Assembly (NCBI GenBank): GCA_050250895.1
Contig: JBFWNU010000001.1
Coordinates: forward strand, 2,436,891-2,500,890
Length of the DNA stretch: 64,000 nt
Direction: 5' to 3'
Source: Vulcanimicrobiota bacterium
Lineage (GTDB): Bacteria > Vulcanimicrobiota > Xenobia > Xenobiales > JADMJV01
Below the pieces are notes generated by a model. It saw only the letters and a list, made by a program, of their open reading frames with translations, searched no databases and was not told the DNA's origin. This document shows positions 46,437 to 54,888 of the stretch, in pieces. Numbering within the stretch: position 1 is the first letter of the stretch; the number at the start of each line of letters is the position of its first letter. The position numbers and the translations under genes were made by a program.

Positions 46437-46811
46437 GTGCAGATGCCGAAAATTGGTGGTGGTGGCGGCGCTCGCGCAGCCAAAGCTAGAAAACCCAAGA
46501 AGCCCAAAGGGTGTCCCGGTGGCAAGTGCGGCGGTGGTGGCCAGGCCGGCCAGGCCGGACAGGCGGGTGGCCAGGGACCGCCGAAGTTGGAAGCTCTCAA
46601 GAAAGCGACCGAGGCCGGCCTTGGTGCCGCGGCAAGCGCCGCTGGCGGCGGCGGTGGTGGTGCCGAACAGGCCCAGGAAGAGCCGAGCGAAGGCGGCGAA
46701 CAGCTGGCCTCGGCGATTGCGGCGATGATGGGTGGCGGGGCGGGGGACCCGGCTGCGGCCCAGGGCGGGGGCGGGGGCGGTGTGCCCGGCCTCGAACAGC
46801 TAGTCGCTTAA
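46437..46811 (+). CDS. Gly/Ala-rich low-complexity protein
   Basis: GAGGAG RBS; downstream terminator. Confidence 0.55.
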   Translation: MQMPKIGGGGGARAAKARKPKKPKGCPGGKCGGGGQAGQAGQAGGQGPPKLEALKKATEAGLGAAASAAGGGGGGAEQAQEEPSEGGEQLASAIAAMMGGGAGDPAAAQGGGGGGVPGLEQLVA

Positions 46812-46827
46812 CTGGCAAGATTCTCGT

Positions 46828-46863
46828 AGGCGCCAGGCCCCCGGGCCTGGCGCCTTTGCTTTC
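46828..46863 (+). terminator. Rho-independent terminator
   Basis: AGGCGCCAGGCCC/GGGCCTGGCGCCT followed by TTGCTTT. Confidence 0.7.
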
Positions 46864-47110
46864 GAGCGGTCGGGGCCGGCCGGCTGCTCCCGGCCTCGAA
46901 AGCGGGAGTTCACAAACATGCAACTGCATCGGGGCGTGTCTAACCCCGGTCTCACCAGCCTCGGGTAGACTACAGATACTAACGCATTGGAAGCCACGCT
47001 AAATCCCCAGTGGTCGCTGAGACTCTCGGCGACTTTTTCTTGTACCGGGCTGGTTTGCGCGCTCGCTCCCAAAAAGCGGAAGTTCTTGATCGGGGCGACG
47101 CGGGCCGGGC

Positions 47111-47139
47111 TTGACAGAAATCCAGAATCGTGGTATGAT
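47111..47139 (+). promoter_or_regulatory. Near-consensus sigma70 promoter with no downstream CDS
   Basis: TTGACA-N17-TATGAT with extended TG. Confidence 0.7.
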
Positions 47140-47221
47140 CCAGTCATCGAAAAAATCCCGCGACGGTTCCCAGATGGCGAAACGGCGGGCTTTTTTAATT
47201 TCTGCGTCTAGCGGAGGCGCA

Positions 47222-47686
47222 TCAGCGCTTGAGTTGCAGCACCACCCGGGCGTAATTCCCCTGGAAATCGCGGGCTGCGACCGTGTAGGGGTGCGGCTGG
47301 AAGTCTTCGCCACACAAATGCCTGACCACCACGTCGTGGCGGGCCCGTAGATAGTCGGCCACCATGCCCCGAGGGCATGCGAACCAGGGACAGTCTTCTC
47401 CTAACAGACCCACCTTGCGTTGGCGCGAGAGCCTCAGCAGTTGGGCAATCCCGGCTGCAAATTCGTCGGTTTGCATGTGGTCGGCATAGCCGCGGAGCGG
47501 CCCTTCGGCCCAGACGGTGTTCGCGCTGTCGGCGCCAGCGGTTCGGCCTCCCCGCAAAGCCGCGATTTTCAGCGTGACCAGTCCGGCCGGCGGCGGGGCC
47601 GCCGGGGGACGCAGGTCGACCACCACCTCGAGGTGACGTTGCGCCAGCGAGAGTTGCTCGGAACCCGCCCCCAGGGTGAGGATCAC
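47222..47686 (-). CDS. DUF488-like protein (degenerate)
   Basis: VVDLR, LRGYADHMQTDEF, VADYL. Confidence 0.65.
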   Translation of the reverse strand: MILTLGAGSEQLSLAQRHLEVVVDLRPPAAPPPAGLVTLKIAALRGGRTAGADSANTVWAEGPLRGYADHMQTDEFAAGIAQLLRLSRQRKVGLLGEDCPWFACPRGMVADYLRARHDVVVRHLCGEDFQPHPYTVAARDFQGNYARVVLQLKR

Positions 47687-48861
47687 GGAGTCAGATAGTC
47701 TTCAACACAACGCAAGAGAATCTCGACGCCCAGAGGCAAGGCCTCTTCGTCGATGTCGAAGCGGGGGTGGTGGTGGCCGTAACAGGCGTTCTTGGCTGGA
47801 TTGGCCGCTCCCAGAAAGAAGAAGCAACCCGGAACCTCGCGCAGATAGTAGGCCATGTCCTCGCCACCGAGGGTGCGCGGCTCGGGCAGCAACTCGGGCA
47901 TGTCGAGCACGTCGCGACAGATTTTCTCGACCCTGGCCGTGACCTCGGGGTCGTTGAGCAAAGACGGGTAACCCTCGCGATAGCGGAGTTTGCCAGAGGC
48001 GCCGTGGGCCGCGCACAGGCCCTCGACCAGAGCTTGCAAGCGTTGCTTGACGAGCTGCCGCACTTCGTCGCGAAAGGTGCGTACGGTGCCGCCCAGCCGG
48101 ACCTCGGGGGGAATGACGTTGAGGGCCTCGCCGGCGTGGAACTTGGTGATGCTGACGGCGGCGCTGTCTAGCGGATCAAGATTGCGACTCACGATCGATT
48201 GCACGGCCGTGACCAGCTGGGCGCCCACCAGGATGGGGTCGACGCCCTGGTGGGGCAGGGCGGCGTGACAGCCAGTGCCCTCGATCACGATCTCGATCTC
48301 GTCGGTCGAGGCCATCATCGGTCCAGCGCACATCGTGGCCTGTCCGGTGGGCAGGTTCGACCACAGATGCAGGCCGATGGCGACTTCGACCCCGTCGAGC
48401 ACTCCCTCGCGAATCATCGGCTCGGCCCCGCCCGGGCCTTCTTCGGCCGGTTGAAAGACCAGCCGCACCTGGCCGTGCAAGCGTTCGCTCATGCCAGCCA
48501 GTTGTCGGGCCGTGGCCAGCAAAATGGCGGTGTGGCCGTCGTGTCCGCAAGCGTGCATCTTGCCGGGGTTGGTCGAGGCGTAGGGGGCGCCGGTCTGCTC
48601 GCTAACGGGCAACGCGTCCATGTCAGCCCGTAGCATCAGCGTGGGACCGGGCTGGGCGCCTTTGACCAGGGCTGTCACCCCGGTCCTGGCGATGCCGGTA
48701 TTGACCTCGAGTCCGAGGCCACGCAGGTAGTCGGCCACGACGCCAGAGGTTCGGACCTCTTCAAATCCAAGTTCGGGATGCTGATGGAAGTCGCGGCGCA
48801 GGCGGACCATCTCTTCATAGTCGGCCATCACCTCGGGCCGAATGTTCGTAGAACAGACCAT
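47683..48861 (-). CDS. M20D amidohydrolase
   Basis: HQHPELGFEE, RADMDAL, MHACGHDGH, FQPAEE, GGEDM, HHPRF. Confidence 0.92.
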   Translation of the reverse strand: MVCSTNIRPEVMADYEEMVRLRRDFHQHPELGFEEVRTSGVVADYLRGLGLEVNTGIARTGVTALVKGAQPGPTLMLRADMDALPVSEQTGAPYASTNPGKMHACGHDGHTAILLATARQLAGMSERLHGQVRLVFQPAEEGPGGAEPMIREGVLDGVEVAIGLHLWSNLPTGQATMCAGPMMASTDEIEIVIEGTGCHAALPHQGVDPILVGAQLVTAVQSIVSRNLDPLDSAAVSITKFHAGEALNVIPPEVRLGGTVRTFRDEVRQLVKQRLQALVEGLCAAHGASGKLRYREGYPSLLNDPEVTARVEKICRDVLDMPELLPEPRTLGGEDMAYYLREVPGCFFFLGAANPAKNACYGHHHPRFDIDEEALPLGVEILLRCVEDYLTP

Positions 48862-48902
48862 GCCAGGGCCTTCTGTTCTCGCCGCCCGACTCCTCGCCGA
48901 AT

Positions 48903-49745
48903 TCAGGGCTTCTTGAAAATCAGACAGTAGTGGTGATGCACGTTCGAGACGAACTCGCTGGGATAGCCCCAGATTCCAAGTTTCTTGTTGTCCTGGCACC
49001 AGATCTTCTCGCCTTTGAAGATGAGAAAGTCTTGCAGGTGGCGGGTCAGGTCCCAGGCCAGCGGCACCATCCGACCCTCGGGGCTGCGCAGGTTCTGAAT
49101 GACGATGACCAGGTAACCCTTGTCTTTGAGGCAGTTGGCGACCTGGCGGAAGACGTCGGCGAGTTGGGTGAGAAAGGCCTCATAGTCGGTCAGGTTGCCC
49201 AGGTCGTCGTCGTTCTTGGAATAGACCACATCCAGGCCGTCGGCTTTGCGTTTCTTGTGGGTCGAGAAGACGTTGCCCCGGCTGTTGGCCAGCATGTCCC
49301 AGTAGGGGGGCGACGTGAGCACGAAGTCGGCCTGCGGCAAATCGGCTTCGCGCCAGAGCCTCTCGGTCTGTTGGGCGTCGTCGTTGAAGAGAGTGCACTG
49401 CGAGGCGTACTCGCCCAGGTGCTGACCCGCCAGTTCGAAATACTTAGGATTGAGTTCGATGCCGACGGCCTGACGGCCGGCCTCGGTGGCAGCCAGCAGG
49501 GTCGAACCCACCCCCATGAAGGGGTCGAAGACCAGTTGTTCGCTCTGGGTGAAGAACTCGATAAACGAGCGGGCCAGATCTTCGGGATACTTGGCCGGGT
49601 GTTGGACCTGCGAGGCCGAGCGCCGGGGCGGATTGACCACGAACCAGGAGCGAGTGAAGCGAATCCACTGGCTTCCGGTGAGGTGGTTCATGCGGTTGCG
49701 GGGATGGATTTTTCCTTGGGTTTCTTGCTTTTTGCTGCTAGCCAT
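48903..49745 (-). CDS. Orphan amino (N4-C/N6-A) DNA methyltransferase
   Basis: HPAKYP, DPFMGVGST, GIELN, TSPPY. Confidence 0.85.
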   Translation of the reverse strand: MASSKKQETQGKIHPRNRMNHLTGSQWIRFTRSWFVVNPPRRSASQVQHPAKYPEDLARSFIEFFTQSEQLVFDPFMGVGSTLLAATEAGRQAVGIELNPKYFELAGQHLGEYASQCTLFNDDAQQTERLWREADLPQADFVLTSPPYWDMLANSRGNVFSTHKKRKADGLDVVYSKNDDDLGNLTDYEAFLTQLADVFRQVANCLKDKGYLVIVIQNLRSPEGRMVPLAWDLTRHLQDFLIFKGEKIWCQDNKKLGIWGYPSEFVSNVHHHYCLIFKKP

Positions 49746-49868
49746 CGGAAAGGGATGAGAAGTCTCCTAGCGAAGCGCTTAGCTCCCATCGCCGGCCGTT
49801 CCTGGTCGACGAAGAAAGGAAGCCTCTTGGAGACCACTTTGCAATCGACTTTCGAATCCGACCCCGAA

Positions 49869-50585
49869 ATGATGACCGGACGCGTGCTGGTGGTCGACGA
49901 TGAAGAGAACATCGTCACTCTGCTTCTGGGTTGGCTAGAAACCACGGGTTGTGAGGTCGACTCGGCCGGCAATGGTGCTGAAGCTCTGGCCAAAGCTCGG
50001 GCAAATCCTCCCGACGTCATTTTGATGGATTGCATGATGCCCGAGATGAGTGGCTACGATGTCTGCCGAGAGATGAAAAAGGATGAGCGTCTGCGCCATA
50101 TTCCCATCCTGTTCTTGACCGCTCGCAACGAGGTGCAGGACGTGGTCAAAGGGCTGGACCTGGGCGCTCACGGCTATCTCACCAAGCCTTTCAAACCGCA
50201 GGAGTTGCTAGCTCGGTTGCGCTCGGTGTTGCGCATCAAGAAGCTCCAGGATCGGCTGCTGTCGCGAACAGACCAGTTGCGGACCGAGTGGGACTGGGTG
50301 CGGGCCGTGATGCATCACCTGCCGGTCGGGGTGGTGGTGGTCGACGAGTTCGGCAAAGCCGTCTACTACAATCGCCAGACGGCCGAGCGATTCGGCCTCG
50401 AAGAGCCGCAAGGAGTGCCCATCGAGGAGTTGTTTCGCCTCGATGGTGCCGAGGCTTCGGTTTGGCAGGCGGGCGCCTTCGACGGCCCGGTCCGACTGCA
50501 GGCTGGCGCCGCCACGGTAGAATGCCGGCTGATGACGGCGTTGCTCGAAGGCGGCCGGGGTACGGTGGCCACCCTGATCTTCTGA
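49869..50585 (+). CDS. Response regulator receiver plus PAS-like domain
   Basis: VVDD, DCMMP, LTA, KPF; LPVGVVVVD..YYN. Confidence 0.85.
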   Translation: MMTGRVLVVDDEENIVTLLLGWLETTGCEVDSAGNGAEALAKARANPPDVILMDCMMPEMSGYDVCREMKKDERLRHIPILFLTARNEVQDVVKGLDLGAHGYLTKPFKPQELLARLRSVLRIKKLQDRLLSRTDQLRTEWDWVRAVMHHLPVGVVVVDEFGKAVYYNRQTAERFGLEEPQGVPIEELFRLDGAEASVWQAGAFDGPVRLQAGAATVECRLMTALLEGGRGTVATLIF

Positions 50586-50640
50586 AAAGGTTAACAATTT
50601 CGCTCAGGTCCCAGGCCGGGGCGACTGCTATGGTCGCACC

Positions 50641-51783
50641 ATGCGAATCCACAGCACGCCACCTCGCTTTGCCCCGCCCAAGGTCCAACTTCCCCATGAT
50701 GAAGGCTCTCACCCCGAGGCCAAGACGGAATGGTGGTATCTCAACGGCCATCTCGAGGACGACCAGGGTCGCCATTACGGCATCATGCACGCTTTGTTCG
50801 ACATGCCCGACGCCATCCACGGTCGCTACAACATTAATCTTCCCTTCATGCCGGGCGCTACGGCCCTCGACACCGGCTTGACTCGCGAAAGCGAAGGGTT
50901 GCACAGCCAGAGCACCCGCTTGCACCCTATCGCTCCCGGCTACTCTCACCCGGGCCTGACCGAAGGCGAACTCGATCAGAGCTTTACCGATAACAACGGA
51001 GTGTGGCGGATGAAGCGATTCGATTCGCGCACCATCCAGGTGTCGGGGCCCACCGGCGACGGCAGCGTCGACCTGACTCTGACCGAGAAGAAGCCGCCTT
51101 TGATGATGGGTGGTGAGGGCGAGATCAAGATGGGTCCCAAAGGTCTCTCCAAGTACGTGACCTATCCTTCCCTCGAGGTCGACGGAACCTTGACCGTCGA
51201 CGGTGAGGAGCGCCATGTGCGCGGTCAGGCCTGGATTGACCACCAGTGGGGCGACATGCAGCTTTACAACGGCTACGAAGGCTGGGATTGGTTCGGCATT
51301 CAGCTTAATAACGATACCCAGATCAACGCCTTTCGCTTCCGCGACACTCAGGGCGGCAACGCCCACGCGACGGTGGGCATCAGCCGCCCCGACGCAAGCC
51401 AGGCGGTCTCTGAGGATCTCAAGCTCGAGGCCGGCAAGACCTGGACCAGCCCCCACACCGGCGCCACCTATCCCTTGCAGTGGCATCTGGTGGTGCCGGA
51501 CCAGGGCATCGACCTGGCCGTCGAGCCCACCCTGGAAGACCAGGAGATGGTGGGGATGCCTCCTTACTCCCACCCCGAGCTGGCTCTCATTCCTACCTAT
51601 TGGGAGGGGGGCGTGCATGTTCACGGGACGGTCCGTGGAGAAGCTGTGGACGGGCGTGGTTATATGGAACTGGTAGGCTATCCCGGGGACCGAATCATGG
51701 CCAAAGAACCCACCGCCGAGACGCTCGAATTGGCCCGAAGATTGGCTCGCGAAGCGGCCGCGGAGACTACTACCCCGGTATAG
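50641..51783 (+). CDS. AttH/CrtC-like lipocalin-fold protein
   Basis: TEWWYLNGHL, WIDHQW, GWDWF, YWEG, GRGYMELVGY. Confidence 0.85.
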   Translation: MRIHSTPPRFAPPKVQLPHDEGSHPEAKTEWWYLNGHLEDDQGRHYGIMHALFDMPDAIHGRYNINLPFMPGATALDTGLTRESEGLHSQSTRLHPIAPGYSHPGLTEGELDQSFTDNNGVWRMKRFDSRTIQVSGPTGDGSVDLTLTEKKPPLMMGGEGEIKMGPKGLSKYVTYPSLEVDGTLTVDGEERHVRGQAWIDHQWGDMQLYNGYEGWDWFGIQLNNDTQINAFRFRDTQGGNAHATVGISRPDASQAVSEDLKLEAGKTWTSPHTGATYPLQWHLVVPDQGIDLAVEPTLEDQEMVGMPPYSHPELALIPTYWEGGVHVHGTVRGEAVDGRGYMELVGYPGDRIMAKEPTAETLELARRLAREAAAETTTPV

Positions 51784-51884
51784 TATCCCTTGAGATAGGG
51801 CGAGAATACAAAGGGGGATGGATGCGCGTCCCCGTGAGGTCGTTACCATAGTGTCAGGGGCGCTGCCCTGAAAGTGAGGACATT

Positions 51885-52319
51885 ATGGAAAGCTTAGGTA
51901 CGACCCGAGAAAAGGATGTCGTTAGAACGGAGAACGGCACCCACAGCGTGGAGAAGATCCATAGTCAAGCCTATGAACCGTCACACAGCGAACAGAAGCT
52001 AGCTCGCCTCGAACGTATCAAGCGTGTCGGCGGGTTGCTCATCACCGTCATCTCGGTGATTCTCTCGTTTCGCTTCGTGCTCTTGCTGCTGGGCGCTAAC
52101 CCCAACAACGGTTTTGCCAACTTTATCTATCAGGTGAGCCAGCCACTGGCGGCGCCGTTCGTGACCCTGTTTGGCTCCAACCCGACCCTGGGGCAATCGG
52201 TTTTTGAACTGCCGACCCTGATTGCCATTGCGGTGTACGCTCTGCTCGGTTACGGAGCGATCGCCTTCGTGAAGGCCATCGCTGCCCCTGAGGACCCGAG
52301 CGGTCGAGCCTACGAGTAG
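51885..52319 (+). CDS. YggT-like membrane protein
   Basis: RFVLLLLGANP..FIYQVSQPLAAPF. Confidence 0.7.
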   Translation: MESLGTTREKDVVRTENGTHSVEKIHSQAYEPSHSEQKLARLERIKRVGGLLITVISVILSFRFVLLLLGANPNNGFANFIYQVSQPLAAPFVTLFGSNPTLGQSVFELPTLIAIAVYALLGYGAIAFVKAIAAPEDPSGRAYE

Positions 52320-52398
52320 AGTTGACTCTACATTTTGATGGTTGGCCCCCGGCTGGGGGCCAACTTCACTTTGCCCCATCCAGGAGAAAGGTTTCACC

Positions 52399-53085
52399 AT
52401 GGTAAAGCAAGAGATAATGAGTGACCAAGTCAGGCTCGTAATCGTGGACGACCACCCGGTGGTTCTTCAAGGTTTGAAGTTTATGCTCAGCGAAGCCGAG
52501 GGCATCGAGGTTGTCGGCCAGGCCACCAGCGGCGACGAAGCTCTGGAAGTCATCCCCAAGCTCGCTCCCCACGTCGTCTTGATGGACGTGCGTCTGCCCG
52601 GTATGAACGGGCTCGAGGTGATGCGCCGGCTGAAAGAGCAGATGGAAGTAGCGGTCATCTTGATTACCGTCTCCGATAGCGATCTCTATCTGGTCGAGGC
52701 TCTACGTTGGGGGGCTAGCGGCTATCTCACCAAGGATTCCTCGAGAGATTTGATTTCCCACGCCATTCGGGCCGCTATGCAAGGCGGCACGACCCTGGCC
52801 CAGCAACTTGTCGATAAAGGCTTCGGCGCCATCGCCCGGGCAGCCACGAACCTGGGCAAGCCCCCCGATGACGACTCTTTGCCGTCGCTGGTCGAGTTGA
52901 CCCCCCGCGAGCTCGATGTTCTTCGGCTGGTGTCCGAGGGCAAGACCAACCGTTCCATTGCCAAGGAATTAAGCCTGGCCGAGGTCACCGTCAAGAAGCA
53001 CGTGCAATCGATCCTGGGCAAAATGGGCGTACGCGATAGAACCCAGGCGGCCCTGCGAGGGGTCCGACTGGGTCTGATCGACTAA
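52399..53085 (+). CDS. NarL/LuxR-family response regulator
   Basis: IVDDH, DVRLP, GYLTK, LTPRELDVL..TNRSIAKEL..TVKKH. Confidence 0.92.
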   Translation: MVKQEIMSDQVRLVIVDDHPVVLQGLKFMLSEAEGIEVVGQATSGDEALEVIPKLAPHVVLMDVRLPGMNGLEVMRRLKEQMEVAVILITVSDSDLYLVEALRWGASGYLTKDSSRDLISHAIRAAMQGGTTLAQQLVDKGFGAIARAATNLGKPPDDDSLPSLVELTPRELDVLRLVSEGKTNRSIAKELSLAEVTVKKHVQSILGKMGVRDRTQAALRGVRLGLID

Positions 53086-53096
53086 ACTCGACGTCT

Positions 53097-53591
53097 CTAG
53101 ATTCGCTCTCCCGGGGCGGATTGGTAGCCCGGCGGCGCTGCGTCGCGCTGGCTCGGGTCTGGCTGCTTGACGTAGTTCGAGCCGTCTGGCTTGGGAACTT
53201 TCGGAACTTCTAGCGATACCGTCACGACCGGCGCTTCGGACTCTTCAGCTCGCTCGACCGGTGCGGCCTTTTTGCCAGTCTTCGGTCGGGGCCGAGCCTT
53301 GGGATAGGCCGACTGGGGTATGGTGGGCCGGCTTTGGGCCTGAGGCGGGACGGATCGATCCGGTCGAACCGCCTCCACATCCACTTTTTCTTCGGGCCGT
53401 GGCGGCCGGTTCGCGGCGCGTTGCTCTCGCTCGGCCGCCTCTTCGGCTTGGAGCAGTCGCTCATGGAGGTCGCGGGCCGGAGTATCGCTGCTGACCTCGA
53501 CTTCTTGAGTCGGGGGCGAGTCGCTGGGCGAGCGGGAGCAGCCGCCCAGCAAGAGTGCTGCCAGGGCAGAGGCAATCAGCTGGTTTCTCAA
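53097..53591 (-). CDS. Pro-rich lipoprotein
   Basis: LLLGGC lipobox; AGGAGG RBS. Confidence 0.65.
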   Translation of the reverse strand: MRNQLIASALAALLLGGCSRSPSDSPPTQEVEVSSDTPARDLHERLLQAEEAAEREQRAANRPPRPEEKVDVEAVRPDRSVPPQAQSRPTIPQSAYPKARPRPKTGKKAAPVERAEESEAPVVTVSLEVPKVPKPDGSNYVKQPDPSQRDAAPPGYQSAPGERI

Positions 53592-53684
53592 CGAGGGTCC
53601 TCCTGTCTGCGGATATTATGGCAGCTTTGTCCGGCGCTGGCACCATACCAATAGAGGGGAGGGGAGTATCCTATTGGATCCTGC

Positions 53685-54404
53685 TTAAGACGAGCGGGTG
53701 AAGAAGAAGTCGAGGTATTTTTCCAGTTGGCGAGGACCCCCGGTGCTGAACCGTTCAAAGGCCAACCCGTAGTGGGGGACACGGCCCCGGCGCACCAGCG
53801 CCACGTGACCCGCCACGCGAATCTCGGGCATCTTGTCGAGGGGGCCGAAGCTAAGAATGACCGGGGTCCCTCGTTCAAGGGGAGTTCCGGTTGCTTCTAC
53901 CCGGGCCCCGTTGAGGCCCAGATCCTTGACCGTCACCTTGCGAGATTCGTCACCGATCTGGAGTCGGGCCGGCAGCAGGCAGATCACTCGCAGGAACTGT
54001 CGCTTTTGATAGATCGTGCCAGCTTCCAGCCCCAGTCGTTTGAACTCGTAGAAGGCCCAGCTGCGCGACATCACCTGTTCGCTTTCGGCGAAAGACAGAC
54101 CGGCCAAAAAATGGACACCTTCTTTCTGGCGCCATTCGACCTTGCAGTCGACGGCGTCAAACTCCGCCTGGAGCGGGCAGTTACGCACCCTCACCTTCAG
54201 GCTTTCGCCTTTCTTGATGGGGCCATAACACAGGACCTGAAGACCCGAGATACTCATGTCGCGAACCTCGCCCCCCATCAAGGTCGGAGGTTTCTGGAGC
54301 TGAACCTCGATCTTGCAGGGAATGCGCAACATGGCGCGCCTATCAGAGTAATCCCAACGACCAAATCCTACCAGGTTTTTCAGGGCCGCCAGGAGGTTAT
54401 CCAC
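53685..54404 (-). CDS. Tandem PilZ-domain protein
   Basis: RRAMLR/DMSISG and KRQFLR/DLGLNG motifs. Confidence 0.85.
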   Translation of the reverse strand: MDNLLAALKNLVGFGRWDYSDRRAMLRIPCKIEVQLQKPPTLMGGEVRDMSISGLQVLCYGPIKKGESLKVRVRNCPLQAEFDAVDCKVEWRQKEGVHFLAGLSFAESEQVMSRSWAFYEFKRLGLEAGTIYQKRQFLRVICLLPARLQIGDESRKVTVKDLGLNGARVEATGTPLERGTPVILSFGPLDKMPEIRVAGHVALVRRGRVPHYGLAFERFSTGGPRQLEKYLDFFFTRSS

Positions 54405-54411
54405 GCGGGCC

Positions 54412-54888
54412 TCAGAGAGTCAGAGCCACCCAGGGGTCCACCACCTGGCCCCGGAGCTCGGCGTAGCTGCCTTCGAATTGGCGACTTACCCTCACCGCAC
54501 GGGCGTGGGGAAGGTCTTCTTCGCCAGCATTGAGGGTGATCAGATCCACCAGCTCGGGTGCGAAACGGGTCAGGGCTACCGTCGCCGTCTTGCCTTTGCC
54601 GACCGTAAAAAGCACCCATCCGTTCTGAGTGTTGCCTTCAAAGTAAGCCTCGACCCGCATGCCACCAAATTCGACCGCCAGAGCGCCCTCGCCCGGCATC
54701 AGGTCTCGGTCGCTCTCGTCGAGAGCCTGGAGTTGCTCGAACTGTTCGCAAACTTGCTCGAGCGTCTCGCGGGCCTGCTCGCCGGTGAGCGCCTGGCTCT
54801 CGTCTTTCTCGGTCAGGTGCCCGTTGTCGAAGAAATCCTCGACCGTCGAGCGACACCAGGCAGGCAGAAACTCAAGGGGTTGCTTCAC
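54412..54888 (-). CDS. Hypothetical protein
   Basis: 158-aa ORF overlapping the TPR gene stop. Confidence 0.65.
   Translation of the reverse strand: MKQPLEFLPAWCRSTVEDFFDNGHLTEKDESQALTGEQARETLEQVCEQFEQLQALDESDRDLMPGEGALAVEFGGMRVEAYFEGNTQNGWVLFTVGKGKTATVALTRFAPELVDLITLNAGEEDLPHARAVRVSRQFEGSYAELRGQVVDPWVALTL

Noticed and set aside
48930-49868. Long N-terminal part of the 551-aa response regulator ORF
   Set aside because: Antisense shadow of the MTase gene; the receiver domain starts near 49869
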